A stretch of 63,359 nucleotides of DNA, filler included, from Chiloscyllium plagiosum (lineage: Eukaryota), in assembly GCF_004010195.1 (NCBI RefSeq). It is 4 parts of 2 records of this genome, joined end to end, with 100 filler letters (N's around TTAATTAATTAA, not from the genome) between each part and the next. Parts side by side here need not be neighbours in the genome. Positions count along the whole stretch, not along the records: positions 28,627 to 57,641 come from NC_057713.1; positions 57,742 to 60,735 come from NC_057713.1; positions 60,836 to 63,359 come from NC_057714.1; 1 more part is not named here. One strand, given 5' to 3'. The notes under the pieces are model-generated. The model was given only the letters and a program-made list of their open reading frames with translations. It was not told the origin of the DNA and did no database searches. Position 1 is the stretch's first letter. Each line of letters starts with the position of its first letter. Positions 50,961-62,076 of the stretch are shown here, piece after piece. Made by a program: the position numbers and the translations under genes.

Positions 50961-52829
50961 GTACTTGAAGTTTGATTGTTAACATTTTTCTGATACTCTG
51001 TCCTATTTGCATCCATGCTGGAGATTTTAATAACCTCTCCTCAGTTCTGTACTCTTATCTCCTCTTTTAATGGGGGTTTTCTAATTTTCCCTCAAGCTGT
51101 TTTACTCTTGGACAGCGGATGTTCATGATTCTATTATTCACCATTTTCCCACATAAATCTTGGCTTCTCTTTCTGATTTTTTTTTTTTGTCATGTCTTCT
51201 GCATTGTATTTGATTGCAGGCCTTCCGTTTTGTTCATTTTTCTCACTGTCTGAACCTCCCCTCTTTCATCCAAGCCTACAATTTCGGTAACATTTCCTAG
51301 ACCTGATGAAAGGCCATTAAACTGAGACATTATGTCATACTTTCTTGCTGGAATTAAATTGGCCCAATCCTGAATATGCCATATGTTTGTGATAAGAATC
51401 TTTGATTAAGTATTTATGAGCTATTAACATCACTTTTAGGAAAATGTATGTGGCCTTTCTTGCATGGAATTTGGCAGGTAACATGATTCTGGGTGCAATT
51501 AAATAGGTTTGTCATGGTGATATTTTTTTGCACATTGTACAGTAAACCTTAATTGCCTTCAAGGGTCAGTAGCCTTCCAGTAGACAGGCTGCAGCCATTG
51601 GATTAGCATTGAGTAGGAGCAATGGGACTAAAGGAAAGGCATAAGGAAGACCAGCATCAATGGAACGTAAAAGGGCAATTAATTGACTTTTCTATGGAAT
51701 ATTATTGAATTATAAATTTGGTATAAAATATTTGTTTCTGTGGCAGGTTTAATTAGTTTTGTGATAATCATTAACAGATAGAGAGTAAGGCGTGCAATTA
51801 CAAGTGAACACAGAATTTGAATTGTATTCTCTGATATTTCAGTAAGGTGAACGGGTTAAGGAAAGCCAGCCAGAAAGGCAATGTGTTGGTTGCCTTCTCC
51901 TTTTCTTCTGTTCCTCTTCTACCTCCTCCTACTACTCCATTCTTCTTCCTCAGCACTTACCTTATCCTTCCTCCAAGAAAACCGACTACCAACCAGAGAT
52001 TGGTGGCTCTACTTTGCCATCAGTACCACTGAGGGAGTAAGCGTAGCTGTCAGCAGTGCATCTGCCAGAGACCTAGGGTCAGCAAGGGATACAGGCCACA
52101 GGTCAGTGAAGGTGGGATGGGGGTTGCAGTGAGGGTTTCACTGCCAGAAGGATGAGGTGTAGAGGTGCAGATGGATCAGAAGATTGGGACAGGGTTTAAC
52201 TTACAACAGACAACCACTCTTACTCCTGGCCCCCTCAATCAGACAGTTCCTTTCTTTTTGATTTCCTATCGGCAACTGCTCTGTCTGCTGCTGGTTGTAC
52301 ACCAATGCAAGTGAGTTGAAATGCTTAAGTAATTTTTCAGTTATGGGTCTCAATTGATGCCAAGGCAGGTAAACCAATCACGGGACTGAAAATGGTCAGA
52401 GTGAAAAGATGACTGGGTCTTCGCCCAGTTAAATGGCCCTGACTTCCAAACTCATTTTGGAGGTCAGTGTTGAATTCTGCCTGTTCTTTACACACCCAAA
52501 TGATTGTATTGATCACATTTTAAGTGACAGCACTGGTGGACATTTTCCCAGTGATGTTAAAGAATGGCAATGAGCAAGTTTGATGGCATCATTTGTGTCA
52601 TAGCCCATAGTGTGTTTTTTCTGTCTCTCTCACACACAGTCACATCTTCTCCTTTCATTCTTTATGCAAACAAGGTGACAGGCATGTTGGGCAGTAAGAT
52701 GACGTGGAAGTGCTGATCCCTGCTGGAAACCTCTGGCTTTCTAAGCTCTGGCACCATGTTTAGAATCCAACTAGGCTCCACTTGCTATCAGATGGGAGCT
52801 ACCCCTCACACTGTCTCAACCCATATCAC

Positions 52830-54420
52830 AGAAGGAAAATAAGCTCACTTCCTGCTTCACAAAGGAAGTTCTCAAAGTGCCGGTGGACAAAGAGATGGAG
52901 AGATGTTCAATTCTCTTCCTGGATGCCTGCAACAACAGGCCATCCTATTAGATGTGGCAACCTGGCCACAGATAGCAGCATGGATCCGTGCTGTATTCAC
53001 TCTAAAGATCGACATCCTGCACCACTATTCTCTCTAACTTCCTTACCAGTTGTGCAGCCCCCTGGAACTGGAATTCAATGCTGAAATCTGAGTGCTGTTG
53101 CCAATTCCCCTGCATGGACCATTGGAGGTGCTGTGCACAAGCTCAGCCACGTTACTTGGAGGAAAAGTACACAGCAGTGCAGAAAGAAGGTCAATGATCT
53201 CCTGTACTCTGCAAGGCTAAATGGCTCCATCTTCTCTCTGTTACCTCACCCCCAAAAAGCCAATGCTCAGTCTAACTCTGTCACTGCACTGCACAACCAT
53301 GGGCGGCACGGTGGCACAGTGGTTAGCACTGCTGCCTCACAGCGCCAGAGACCCGGGTTCAATTCCCGCCTCAGGCGACTGACTGTGTGGAGTTTGCACA
53401 TTCTCCCCGTGTCTGCGTGGGTTTCCTCCGCGTGCTCCGGTTTCCTCCAACACTCCAAAAATGTGCAGATTAGGTGAATTGGCCATGCTAAATTGCCTGT
53501 AGTGTTAGGTGCAGGGGTAAATGTAGGGGAATGGGTCTGGGTGGGTGCGCTTCGGCGGGTCGGTGTGAACTTGTTGGGCCGAAGGGCCTGTTTCCACACT
53601 GTAAAGTAATCTAATCTTAAAAAAAAAACTGCGGCCTCATGCATCTCACCAAAGGTGATAGTCATAACCCTCACCATCATATACGTCATGTCTACTCATG
53701 TCCAATCCACCTTTTACAAATATGAATATTTATTGCCCTTTGTGCTTCCTACTCACTCACTGTGGACACCTTACTGCTTCTCCAACTCATACATGCTAAC
53801 TAACTGCTCTTGCACCTACCTCATTCAACCACAGTGCAGAAAATATTGAAGACAATCAGGCTGAATGATCCAGGATGAGGTTCTGGTGGACATCAGACTC
53901 CTCACTCCTGAGCAGGAGAGTTAAGCTGGATGGCTCATGTGCTGATGGCGAGACAGCAACCATCCCAGTAAATTCCATTGTGCTGTACTTCTTACCTACA
54001 ATCATTACTAGCACTAACTCATTTTTTAATCTGCACAAGCTTTTATCCATCTTTGCGTACTAATTCCACCTCTTCACTTAAGCAGTTACTAGTGGCATCC
54101 TGGAGCGAGAACCTCTCAGTGACTACTCTACTCTGAGGAATAAGCTTGCAAACTCTTAGAGGTTGCACCAGCATTCACCTGCACTCTCCATTAACATAGA
54201 GAGTTTCACCTCAGTGGGTACTGTACCTGGATTAGTCTTGGGGATACAATCTGCTGACCAGTCACTGACATATCTACACGGCTGGTTGAGGAAGAAACAG
54301 TCGAGGTGACTGGCTCTTAGAGGACTGATGAGTCCAGGTACCTGCTCAGAGCCATTTAGAAGCTATGCCCCTATTCTCAGCCATAGCTGATGTGCTCAAC
54401 CTGCAGAGATAGGCACAGAA
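52830..54420 (+). pseudogene. PIF/Harbinger Myb/SANT-like accessory gene remnant
   Basis: CFTKEVLKVPVD...ILF, then WRKSTQQCRKKVNDLLYSAR (53155-53216), then DIRLLTPEQE near 53890. Confidence 0.65.
53301..53628 (+). mobile_element. HE1-type SINE, young, nested in the Harbinger element
   Basis: Complete copy with poly-A end. Confidence 0.95.
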
Positions 54421-54899
54421 ACATCAGGCATGTGTTCCAAAGGCAGTCAGTAGCCTGGAATAAAAGTGGGAGGCCCATGAGGGCACGGATCCCCGGCCCA
54501 AGCACCTGACTGATCATGGTCTATTTCCTGGACAGGAAATGGTCCAACCGTTTGATTGTAATGATACCCTCTGACTGTCTGGAAATACCCACGCCCACTA
54601 AACCCTTCTGTCCTTTGGCTTTCACACCTCACCATTTCCATGAAGCACACGCGGCTTTATAAACTGCTGGCACATCCTGCAGCTCTGACACTGATATGGC
54701 ATCATTGTTATACAAGGAGCCATCCACCCCGGGTCTGTCTGATATATTTATTCCTCATTGTTTCCCATGACTACAAGCTGCAGCCACTTCTTCTGCACTA
54801 TAAGCCAGATTATACACATAGGCTGCTTGCTGCGAAACTTACACAAGAATCCTTTCTGTGCTAAAATGCAGCTAAAATAAGGACATAAAGGTTTGGGGG

Positions 54900-56610
54900 T
54901 TGTCAAATCTAATTTGGTCCATTGATTTATTGAATGTAGTCAAGAGGAGGATTGATTTGTTGTTGAGCCTGTGTAGAGAGAAGCTTGCACTACTTGATCC
55001 CGGAAACAGCTGTGAGATGTTGTGTCCTGGGAACGGGACCCTGAGAGTGAGTGAGTGAGGAAGAGCAAGCTCATTGTATGACCTGCTGAGTTTAAACATT
55101 GCAGGATTCTTCATACAAACAAAATATACAAGGGCTGCTTGCATGTAAAGACCTTTTGTGGTCACAGACAAACTAAGAGGGAAATGATGGATAGTTCAAT
55201 GGCAACACTGAAAATCATGTACAGATGCACCAGGTGGTTGGCACATGGTCAATGTAAAATAGCCTGCTCCACCACTGGGAGTCCTGGCACTGTTTCAGCT
55301 CCAAAGTACACACTTGAAGCTCTGATGTTGTGTTGAGCTGGGCAAACCTGATGATGTTGTGAAGCTGGTGCTTTGCTGTTGCTGAGTTGTATGGATGAAG
55401 GGTCTGTGAAGAACATGGCCATTAACCATGAGGTCAGAATTAAGGCCTTCAGCCCACTCCACACCACTCTCTGTAGACTTAGCAACTTTAAGTAGCAACA
55501 CCAACCACTTCTACAAACTCACTTTGTTCAGAAGAGCTGGCTCCATGTAAAGAGAAGCTCTGTGGCTGATGCACCCATTCTGTGAGCTGTAACAGATACT
55601 GATAGGATAAGTCAACAGGTACTCGCTGTGTTTTACAAGGTTGGCTTTTGTGGCATTGGGTTTCTTGAGAATGGTTGGGAGTATACTGATGATACAGTGA
55701 TTTGGCCCATTCATGCGATACAGTGCATGGTAATAAGCTTTTTGACACATGATGGTCAGATTCCGAACTTGCATCTAAGGTGTGAGGACTCAATCAGGCA
55801 AGATGTTATGACCTCAAGAATCAGACTGTTAGACTCCTGCCCAATTAAAATAACCAACTTTGTCATCATTCTTGCCACTTCCAAGAGGATAAAATACTGC
55901 CCTGAGGCTTTTCTTACATGTACATGTGGGAGTACAGCAGAGTCATGAGGTGGGTGGTTAGACAATCATCCACATCACTCAGTAGCCACCCAGTAGTTTG
56001 ACAGGGTGCCACAAATGCAGGTGCTACAGTTGCCTACCACAGTATAAAGGCACCACGACTGCTATCATTGACATTGATGTGTGGAGACACATCAACACAA
56101 CGTGGAGGGAACAGAATTAAAGATGGTCGTCTTGTACATCACGGGAAGCCTCTTCTGCTGTGAGCCAGGTGATGATTTCTTCTGCTTCTCTTTGGCAAGA
56201 TAAAAAATAATTATCTCATTTTGCATACGTAGCCACTGTAACTTCCTTATGCTACAATAAGTGGTGAACTGGGAGATCTTACTAATATTATTTGCTCCAA
56301 TTTGAGAAGAAGCCGAGACATAGAAATCCATGGTTATGGCCTTCTCAATCACTGACAATGCCATTCTCACTTGGCCCTCAAACTGCATGTCTGCCTGCAC
56401 CAGTGGCAGATTTCAATGAGCACCTCTTTGCCAAGTGGAAATTTCTGATGCATTGTTCCTCACTGAGGTAACAGAACTATTTCCTAAATATTCTGGGAAT
56501 AGATGGCCTCCTGTTGAGAGCCCTCCTCTTCCTCCTCTTTTGTGTTGCCTGTACTCATCGGCCCTATCATACTGCTGGCTAACAGAGACTTTACCCATGA
56601 CTGTAAGCAA
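54900..56610 (-). pseudogene. PIF/Harbinger (HARBI1-like DDE) transposase remnants
   Basis: YLSEEQCIRNF...VLIEIC; QADMQFEGQVRMALSVIEKAITMDFYVSASSQIGANNISKISQF; GWLLSDVDDCLTTHLMTL near 55930-55995; second block GLPVVEQAI and FVCDHKR at 55150-55290. Confidence 0.8.
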
Positions 56611-56932
56611 GCAGACTGAGCAGAAACTCTGAAGTCAGAATTAAGGCCTTCAGCTCACTCCACACCACTCTCTGTAGACTTCAGCAACTTTAAATAGCAA
56701 CACTAACCACTTCTACAAACTCAGCTGTAAGTGGTGCCCAAATTTTAAGTTCTACTATGGTCTAATTAGGGTTCTGAATATAATTTTAGCATAACTTCTC
56801 AGGTTTTCAGTTTTATTTCTTCAGAAATTAACAGTGAGTTTTATGTGTATTTTATTACCTCATTAATCTGCATTGTTACTTTTAATGATTATTGATCGAA
56901 ACTCCCCACTACCAATATTCAGGGGTTACCAT

Positions 56933-57641
56933 TGTGAGAAACAAAAGCTCACTCACTTTAATAATTTCAGTCCGAGACTAATTTCTGATCAGCCATTTAT
57001 TTGTACACCTATAGATGGGTGCTTTGTCTAATTACCTGGTAAGGTAATGACAAAATGCACACCAAATCCAACAAACTCTCAAAATTTATACAGTTTGAAT
57101 CCCCATATTTTTCCTTATTCCATTGTTTGTTCCCTGCTTCGCTTACGTCACAGATTTCCTTAAGACTTATCCCACAACTTCTGTTTATCCTGTCTTGTCC
57201 GTGACAAACTCTTATCTCTGACTCCCATAAGGGTGTTTGACGTCAGTCTATTATAGATTATTGATTAGGCATATCTATTCTTCTATCAGCATCTATTTCC
57301 ATCCAGAGGCCACTTTGACCTCTCTAATTAGGGTTTGTTCCTGTGTCTCTGTACAAGCGAGGAGAACAGATGTTTTCCTGTTTGCCCATATATCCACCAT
57401 TGTTCTGTAATCCCGTCTCATGCTTTCTTTTTGCTGAATATGTATTTTCTCATTCCTATTCTGTATCAGAATTTATACTTGCAGAAATAACATTAATTCA
57501 TTTATATCCCACAATTTCCCCTTTTTCTTTTCATTACAATCTGTTATCTTCTGCATTTTTGTCTCCCTCTTTTTTTTTAAACATTGTTCCCAAAATTCGC
57601 AAGCATCATTTCAGAGATTTCATCCAACTTAGTCTCACTCA
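56933..57641 (-). mobile_element. Second ERV: 3' LTR (56933-57513), PPT (57514-57531) and 3' end, cut by a gap
   Basis: tgtgag...cccaca ends; minus strand AAAAGAAAAAGGGGAAAT precedes TGTGGGA; minus-strand AATAAA near 56998; unrelated to the first ERV's LTR. Confidence 0.7.
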
Positions 57642-57740
57642 NNNNNNNNNNNNNNNNNNNNNNNNNNNNNNNNNNNNNNNNNNNNTTAATTAATTAANNN
57701 NNNNNNNNNNNNNNNNNNNNNNNNNNNNNNNNNNNNNNNN

Positions 57741-57999
57741 NAGGCTCAGTCTCTGGATTCATTTAAGAAAGAGTTGGATAGAGCTCTCAAGGATTGTGGA
57801 ATCAAGGGTTATGGAGATAAGGCAGGAACAGGATACTGATTAAGGATGATCAGCCATGATCATATTGAATGGCGGTGCAGGCTCGAAGGGCTGAATGGCC
57901 TACTCCTGCATTATTGTCTATATCATATTGAATGGCGGTGCAGGCTCGAAGGGCTGAATGGCCTACTCCTGCATTTATTGTCTATTGTCTATTGTCTAT
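57741..57999 (+). mobile_element. CR1/HER1 3' end with duplicated 3' UTR segment
   Basis: Same subfamily as 34411-34942; 57859-57912 repeated at 57922-57974; tattgtc-repeat tail. Confidence 0.9.
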
Positions 58000-58052
58000 T
58001 GAACCCGGGTCTCTGGCGCTGTGAGACAGCAGCGCTAACCACTGTGCCACCG

Positions 58053-58268
58053 TGTTTCTGGCTGTCTTTCCCTGTGGTTCTAGCTGTTTCCCTGTGTTTC
58101 TGCCTGTATTTTCCTGGGTCTCTGGCTGTGTTTCCTCATCTTTCCCTATGTTTCTGGTTGTGTTTCCCTATGTTTCCCTGTGTTTCCGGCTGTGATTCCC
58201 TGTATTTCCACCTGTCTTTCCCTGTGTTTCCCTGTCTTCCCGGCTGTCTTTCCTTGTGTTTCCAGCTG
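58053..58268. repeat. ~10-bp minisatellite (ctgtgtttcc)n, preceded by a minus-strand SINE head fragment (58000-58052)
   Basis: Degenerate tandem units visible directly. Confidence 0.85.
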
Positions 58269-58561
58269 TGTGAGGTCAGCAGGACTCTGTGTGCAACCGG
58301 ACTGGCCGTGGTTCGGAACCCGGTGAAATAGAGGGGAGGGAATTGCCAAGAGCTCACTCCTCCAATCACTGGGAGTTTCTCTTGTGAGCCTATCAGCAAC
58401 AGTTGTGGGAAAGAAACATCCTTTGATTGGAGGAGCAATGAACAGTGCCAAGCTGAGTCACTTCATTCAGGTTACGGGAAGGAACACCATTGGCATATCC
58501 CAAGCTCTGTGTTTCTGGCCATGATGGAAACCCACTTCTGTTTCTCAATCCTGCATTCATT

Positions 58562-58863
58562 TTCATAGAATCCCTACCAGGCAGGTGGAGACCATTCAAC
58601 CCATCATGTCTGCACTGACCCAGCAAAGGCCCTCCCACCATACCCCAATAACCCTGTATTTCCCATGGCTACCCCACCTAGCCTGCACATGCCTGGACAC
58701 TGTGGCGAATGTAGCATGGCCAATCCATCTAACATGGACGTCTTTGGACTATAGGAGGAAACCCACGCAGACATGGGGAGAATGTGCAAACTCCACACAG
58801 ACTGAGGGGTGGAGTCGAACCTGAGTCCCGGCGTCGTGAGGCAGCAGTGCTAACCACTGAGCC
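58562..58863 (-). mobile_element. Older HE1-related SINE
   Basis: V-domain and A/B-box head on the minus strand. Confidence 0.85.
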
Positions 58864-58922
58864 AGCTCAACATGCTCAAGGTGAACACAAGGTTCGTGTT
58901 CGTTATCTCCCTATCAAGACCC

Positions 58923-59157
58923 TGAAATAACCCCACACAGGCCAGTATCCCGTCACCAAGTCCCCCTTTATTTACACATAGAGAGATCTTGACACTGACC
59001 CAGCTCCCTCAGAGCTAGCTCTCAGAGTGAACAGAACCTCTGACACTCCTGTTTATATCTGTCACCCACGGCTCCCTGACTGGACCAGATTAACAGCCCC
59101 AATCAGGGAACTCACACTCTGTGAGGTTCACGTGGCTGACCCGTTATAATCACGACA
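58923..59157 (-). mobile_element. Short solo LTR (family A)
   Basis: tgaaataa...cgaca; TSD gaccc/gacct. Confidence 0.8.
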
Positions 59158-60054
59158 GACCTGGTCCCCTCCCCTTTCCCCAATGACCAGGATTTGGAGC
59201 CTAGCCATCTCTCTCTCTCTCTCCCTCTCTTTCTAGTTCTGCTTAAGTGAAAAGGCAAAATAAAAGGTTTTAATAAATACATTTGTATCTTTCAATTGTC
59301 ATATTTATTAACTATTCATTTTTAAAATGATCAAATGTTTTGACGCTATTTGTTAGCAAGTGATTATGGTTTCTTCATGCCTAAATGCCATGTTTAATGG
59401 TGGACTAAGCACTATCTCTGTGATCTTTTTTAAAAATGCAATTTTTATTCACTCATCTGCTATTGGAGTGAATAAAATGTGGCCCCCCACACACATGACC
59501 AAGGTGTGGACACTGCATGGGGCTTGTGCTCGGTTGGTAAGATCCCATTGTCCTGGAAAAATTGGAAATTCAAGCTTTAGGAACGCTGCTCCTTCAGGTA
59601 GTTAGTCAGGCAGGATCATGGGACACTGATTTTATAGCAAAAGGTCAATGTGATGCGATGTATTGAACAAACCGAGATTGCTGTTAAGTCTTTAATCACT
59701 TAGAATGGGGATGCAGGCTCCACATCCCGGAAAATTGATGTAAAATTTTCCCAAACAATTGGATTCCCAGTACTGCTAGTGGGATTGGGATTTGCTGACA
59801 GCTCTATCAGAACACCATGGCTGGAGGTGGTTGCAAATAGGAACACCTTGGTGAAAGAGCCCAAAGTAGTTTGTTCATATTTTCCTGCTTCAGCCTCGGA
59901 GACTGCCTGCCCATAAATTATTACCCAATATGCTGGACATACATTCTGACTAATGTTGGATTCACAACAATAATGATTATTCTTCCACCTGGTAACAGTA
60001 AAATCAGCACACTTATATTGTAACACCCTACATGCAGAAAAGCAAAACAACAAC

Positions 60055-60440
60055 AAGTATAGTGTTTTGGATACTGTTGGGGGGAACAACTTACCAGGGA
60101 TAAGCAATGGCCACAGGTCTCTGACACACAGTCTGTTCCTGTTGCTCAGAAGGGAAGGGGGGAAGAGGAGCAGAGCAGTAGTTATTGGGGACTCCATAGT
60201 TAGAGGGACAGATAGGAGGTTCTGTGGGAATGAGAGAGCCTCAAGGTTGGTGTGTTGCCTCCCAGGTGCCAGGGTTCGTGATGTCTCTGATCATGTTTTC
60301 AGGACCCTTGCAGGAGATGGGGAGCAGCCCCAAGTCGTGGTCCACATCGGCACCAACGACATAGGTCGGAAAAGGGATAGGGATTTAAGGCAGAAATTCA
60401 GGGAGCGAGGGTGGAAGCTGAGAACTGGAACAAACAAGAA
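60055..60440 (+). mobile_element. CR1 ORF1 esterase fragment
   Basis: RAVVIGDSIVRGTDRRFCG...VVVHIGTNDIG. Confidence 0.88.
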
Positions 60441-60479
60441 GGGAACCCTGGTAATTATAGACCATTGAGCCTTTCTTCA

Positions 60480-60735
60480 GTTGTGGGTAAAGTGTTAGAA
60501 AAGGTTATAAGAGATAGGATTTATAATCGTCTCGATAGGAATAACTTGATTAGGGATAGAGAACATAGAACATAGAACATAGAAGAATACAGCGCAGTAC
60601 AGGCCCTTTGGCCCTCGATGTTGCGCCGATCCAAGCCCACCTAACCTACACTAGCCCACTATCCTCCATATGCCTATCCAATGCCCGCTTAAATGCCCAT
60701 AAAGAGGGAGAGTCCACCACTGCTACTGGCAGGGC
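60480..60735. mobile_element. CR1 RT fragment (+) joined to a CR1 3' tail (-)
   Basis: VVGKVLEKVIRDRIYN followed by a catagaa-repeat tail like that at 47002. Confidence 0.8.
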
Positions 60736-60835
60736 NNNNNNNNNNNNNNNNNNNNNNNNNNNNNNNNNNNNNNNNNNNNTTAATTAATTAANNNNNNNNN
60801 NNNNNNNNNNNNNNNNNNNNNNNNNNNNNNNNNNN

Positions 60836-61525
60836 CCAGCAGTATCCAAAACGGTATACTTATTGCTGAGGGGAATGTCTACAGGGGATCTCTGCACTGT
60901 CTGTCTGTCCCCTTTCCTCCCCCTGACTGTAACCCATCTATCCTTGTCCTGAGCCTTAGGAGTGACCAACTCCCGGTAACTCCTCTCAATTACCCCCTCA
61001 GCCTCCCGAATGATCCGTAGTTCATCCAGCTCCAGCTCCAATTCTCTGACACAGTTTTCAAAGAGCTGGAGTTGGGTGCACTTCCCACAGATGTAGCCAG
61101 CGGATAGGCTTGCATTGTTTTCTTTAAAGCAGAGAATACTGAGGGGTGACATGATTGCGGTGTATAAGATTATGAGGGTAATAGACACAGTGGATAGAGA
61201 GCAGCTGTTCCCCTTGGTTGAGGGGTCAATCACGAGAGGGCATTGTTTTAGGGAAATGGTCCAGGAGATTCAGAGGGGATAGAGGAAAAGACTTTTTCAC
61301 TCAGCAGGTTGGGAGAATCTGGAATGCACTACTTGGGAAGATGGTGGAGGTCGGAAACCTTCCAAACTTCAAAAAGTTTTGGATGACACTTCAAATATTG
61401 TAACATTCAAGGATGTGGGACAAGGAAATACAGGAAATTGGGATCAATGCGTTTTTAGTGGTAGTTATGTTGGTGCAGACTTGTTGGGCTGAAGGGCCTT
61501 TTCTGTGCTGTATGAGTCTATGAAC
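60836..61525. mobile_element. CR1 ORF1 fragment (-, 60836-61100) abutting a CR1 3' end (+, 61101-61525)
   Basis: YICGKCTQLQL...LELELDELRIIREAE on -; LRGDMIAVYKIMRVIDTV and FFTQQVGRIWNAL on +. Confidence 0.85.
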
Positions 61526-61624
61526 TGCACCATTAGCTTCACATGCAGCTCAAAGTACCAAACTTCCTCACTTTGCTGCAAACAATCTTTATTCATGACT
61601 TATACCTAATCTTCAGAACTTCGT

Positions 61625-61850
61625 CACACATACACACACATATATATATATATATTTATATACACACACAGACACACATGCACATACACAGACACATGCA
61701 CACAAGTACACAGACACCTACAGGCATACATACATACAGATGTACAGACACAGACACACACGTATGCACAGATACAAACACAAATACACGTACACAGGCA
61801 CACACGTGTAAAGGTGCACAGACACACACACGTTCACACATGTACAAACG
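61625..61850. repeat. Degenerate (CA)n/(TA)n microsatellite
   Basis: Visible dinucleotide array. Confidence 0.9.
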
Positions 61851-62076
61851 CAAAGGACATTGTGGTGCAGTGGTTGTTTCAAAACCCACTTGCTCCTGAG
61901 TTGTGTCATGAACAGGTTACTTAAAAATATCCACCCTCACATGGAACACCTGCACGCCTCACACTCACATTTCCCAGCTTTCACACACTGTCAGCTATGC
62001 AACCACGACAGTCACGTCACCCAAACAGATCACAGCACATTCATCAACACACATTCCTCTCTTACTAGATAATATA

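Noticed and set aside
58053..58268. CRISPR-like array
   Set aside because: Contiguous 10-bp minisatellite without unique spacers in a vertebrate context.
61543..61909. His/Thr-rich and Cys/Val-rich ORFs
   Set aside because: Translations of a CA/TG microsatellite.
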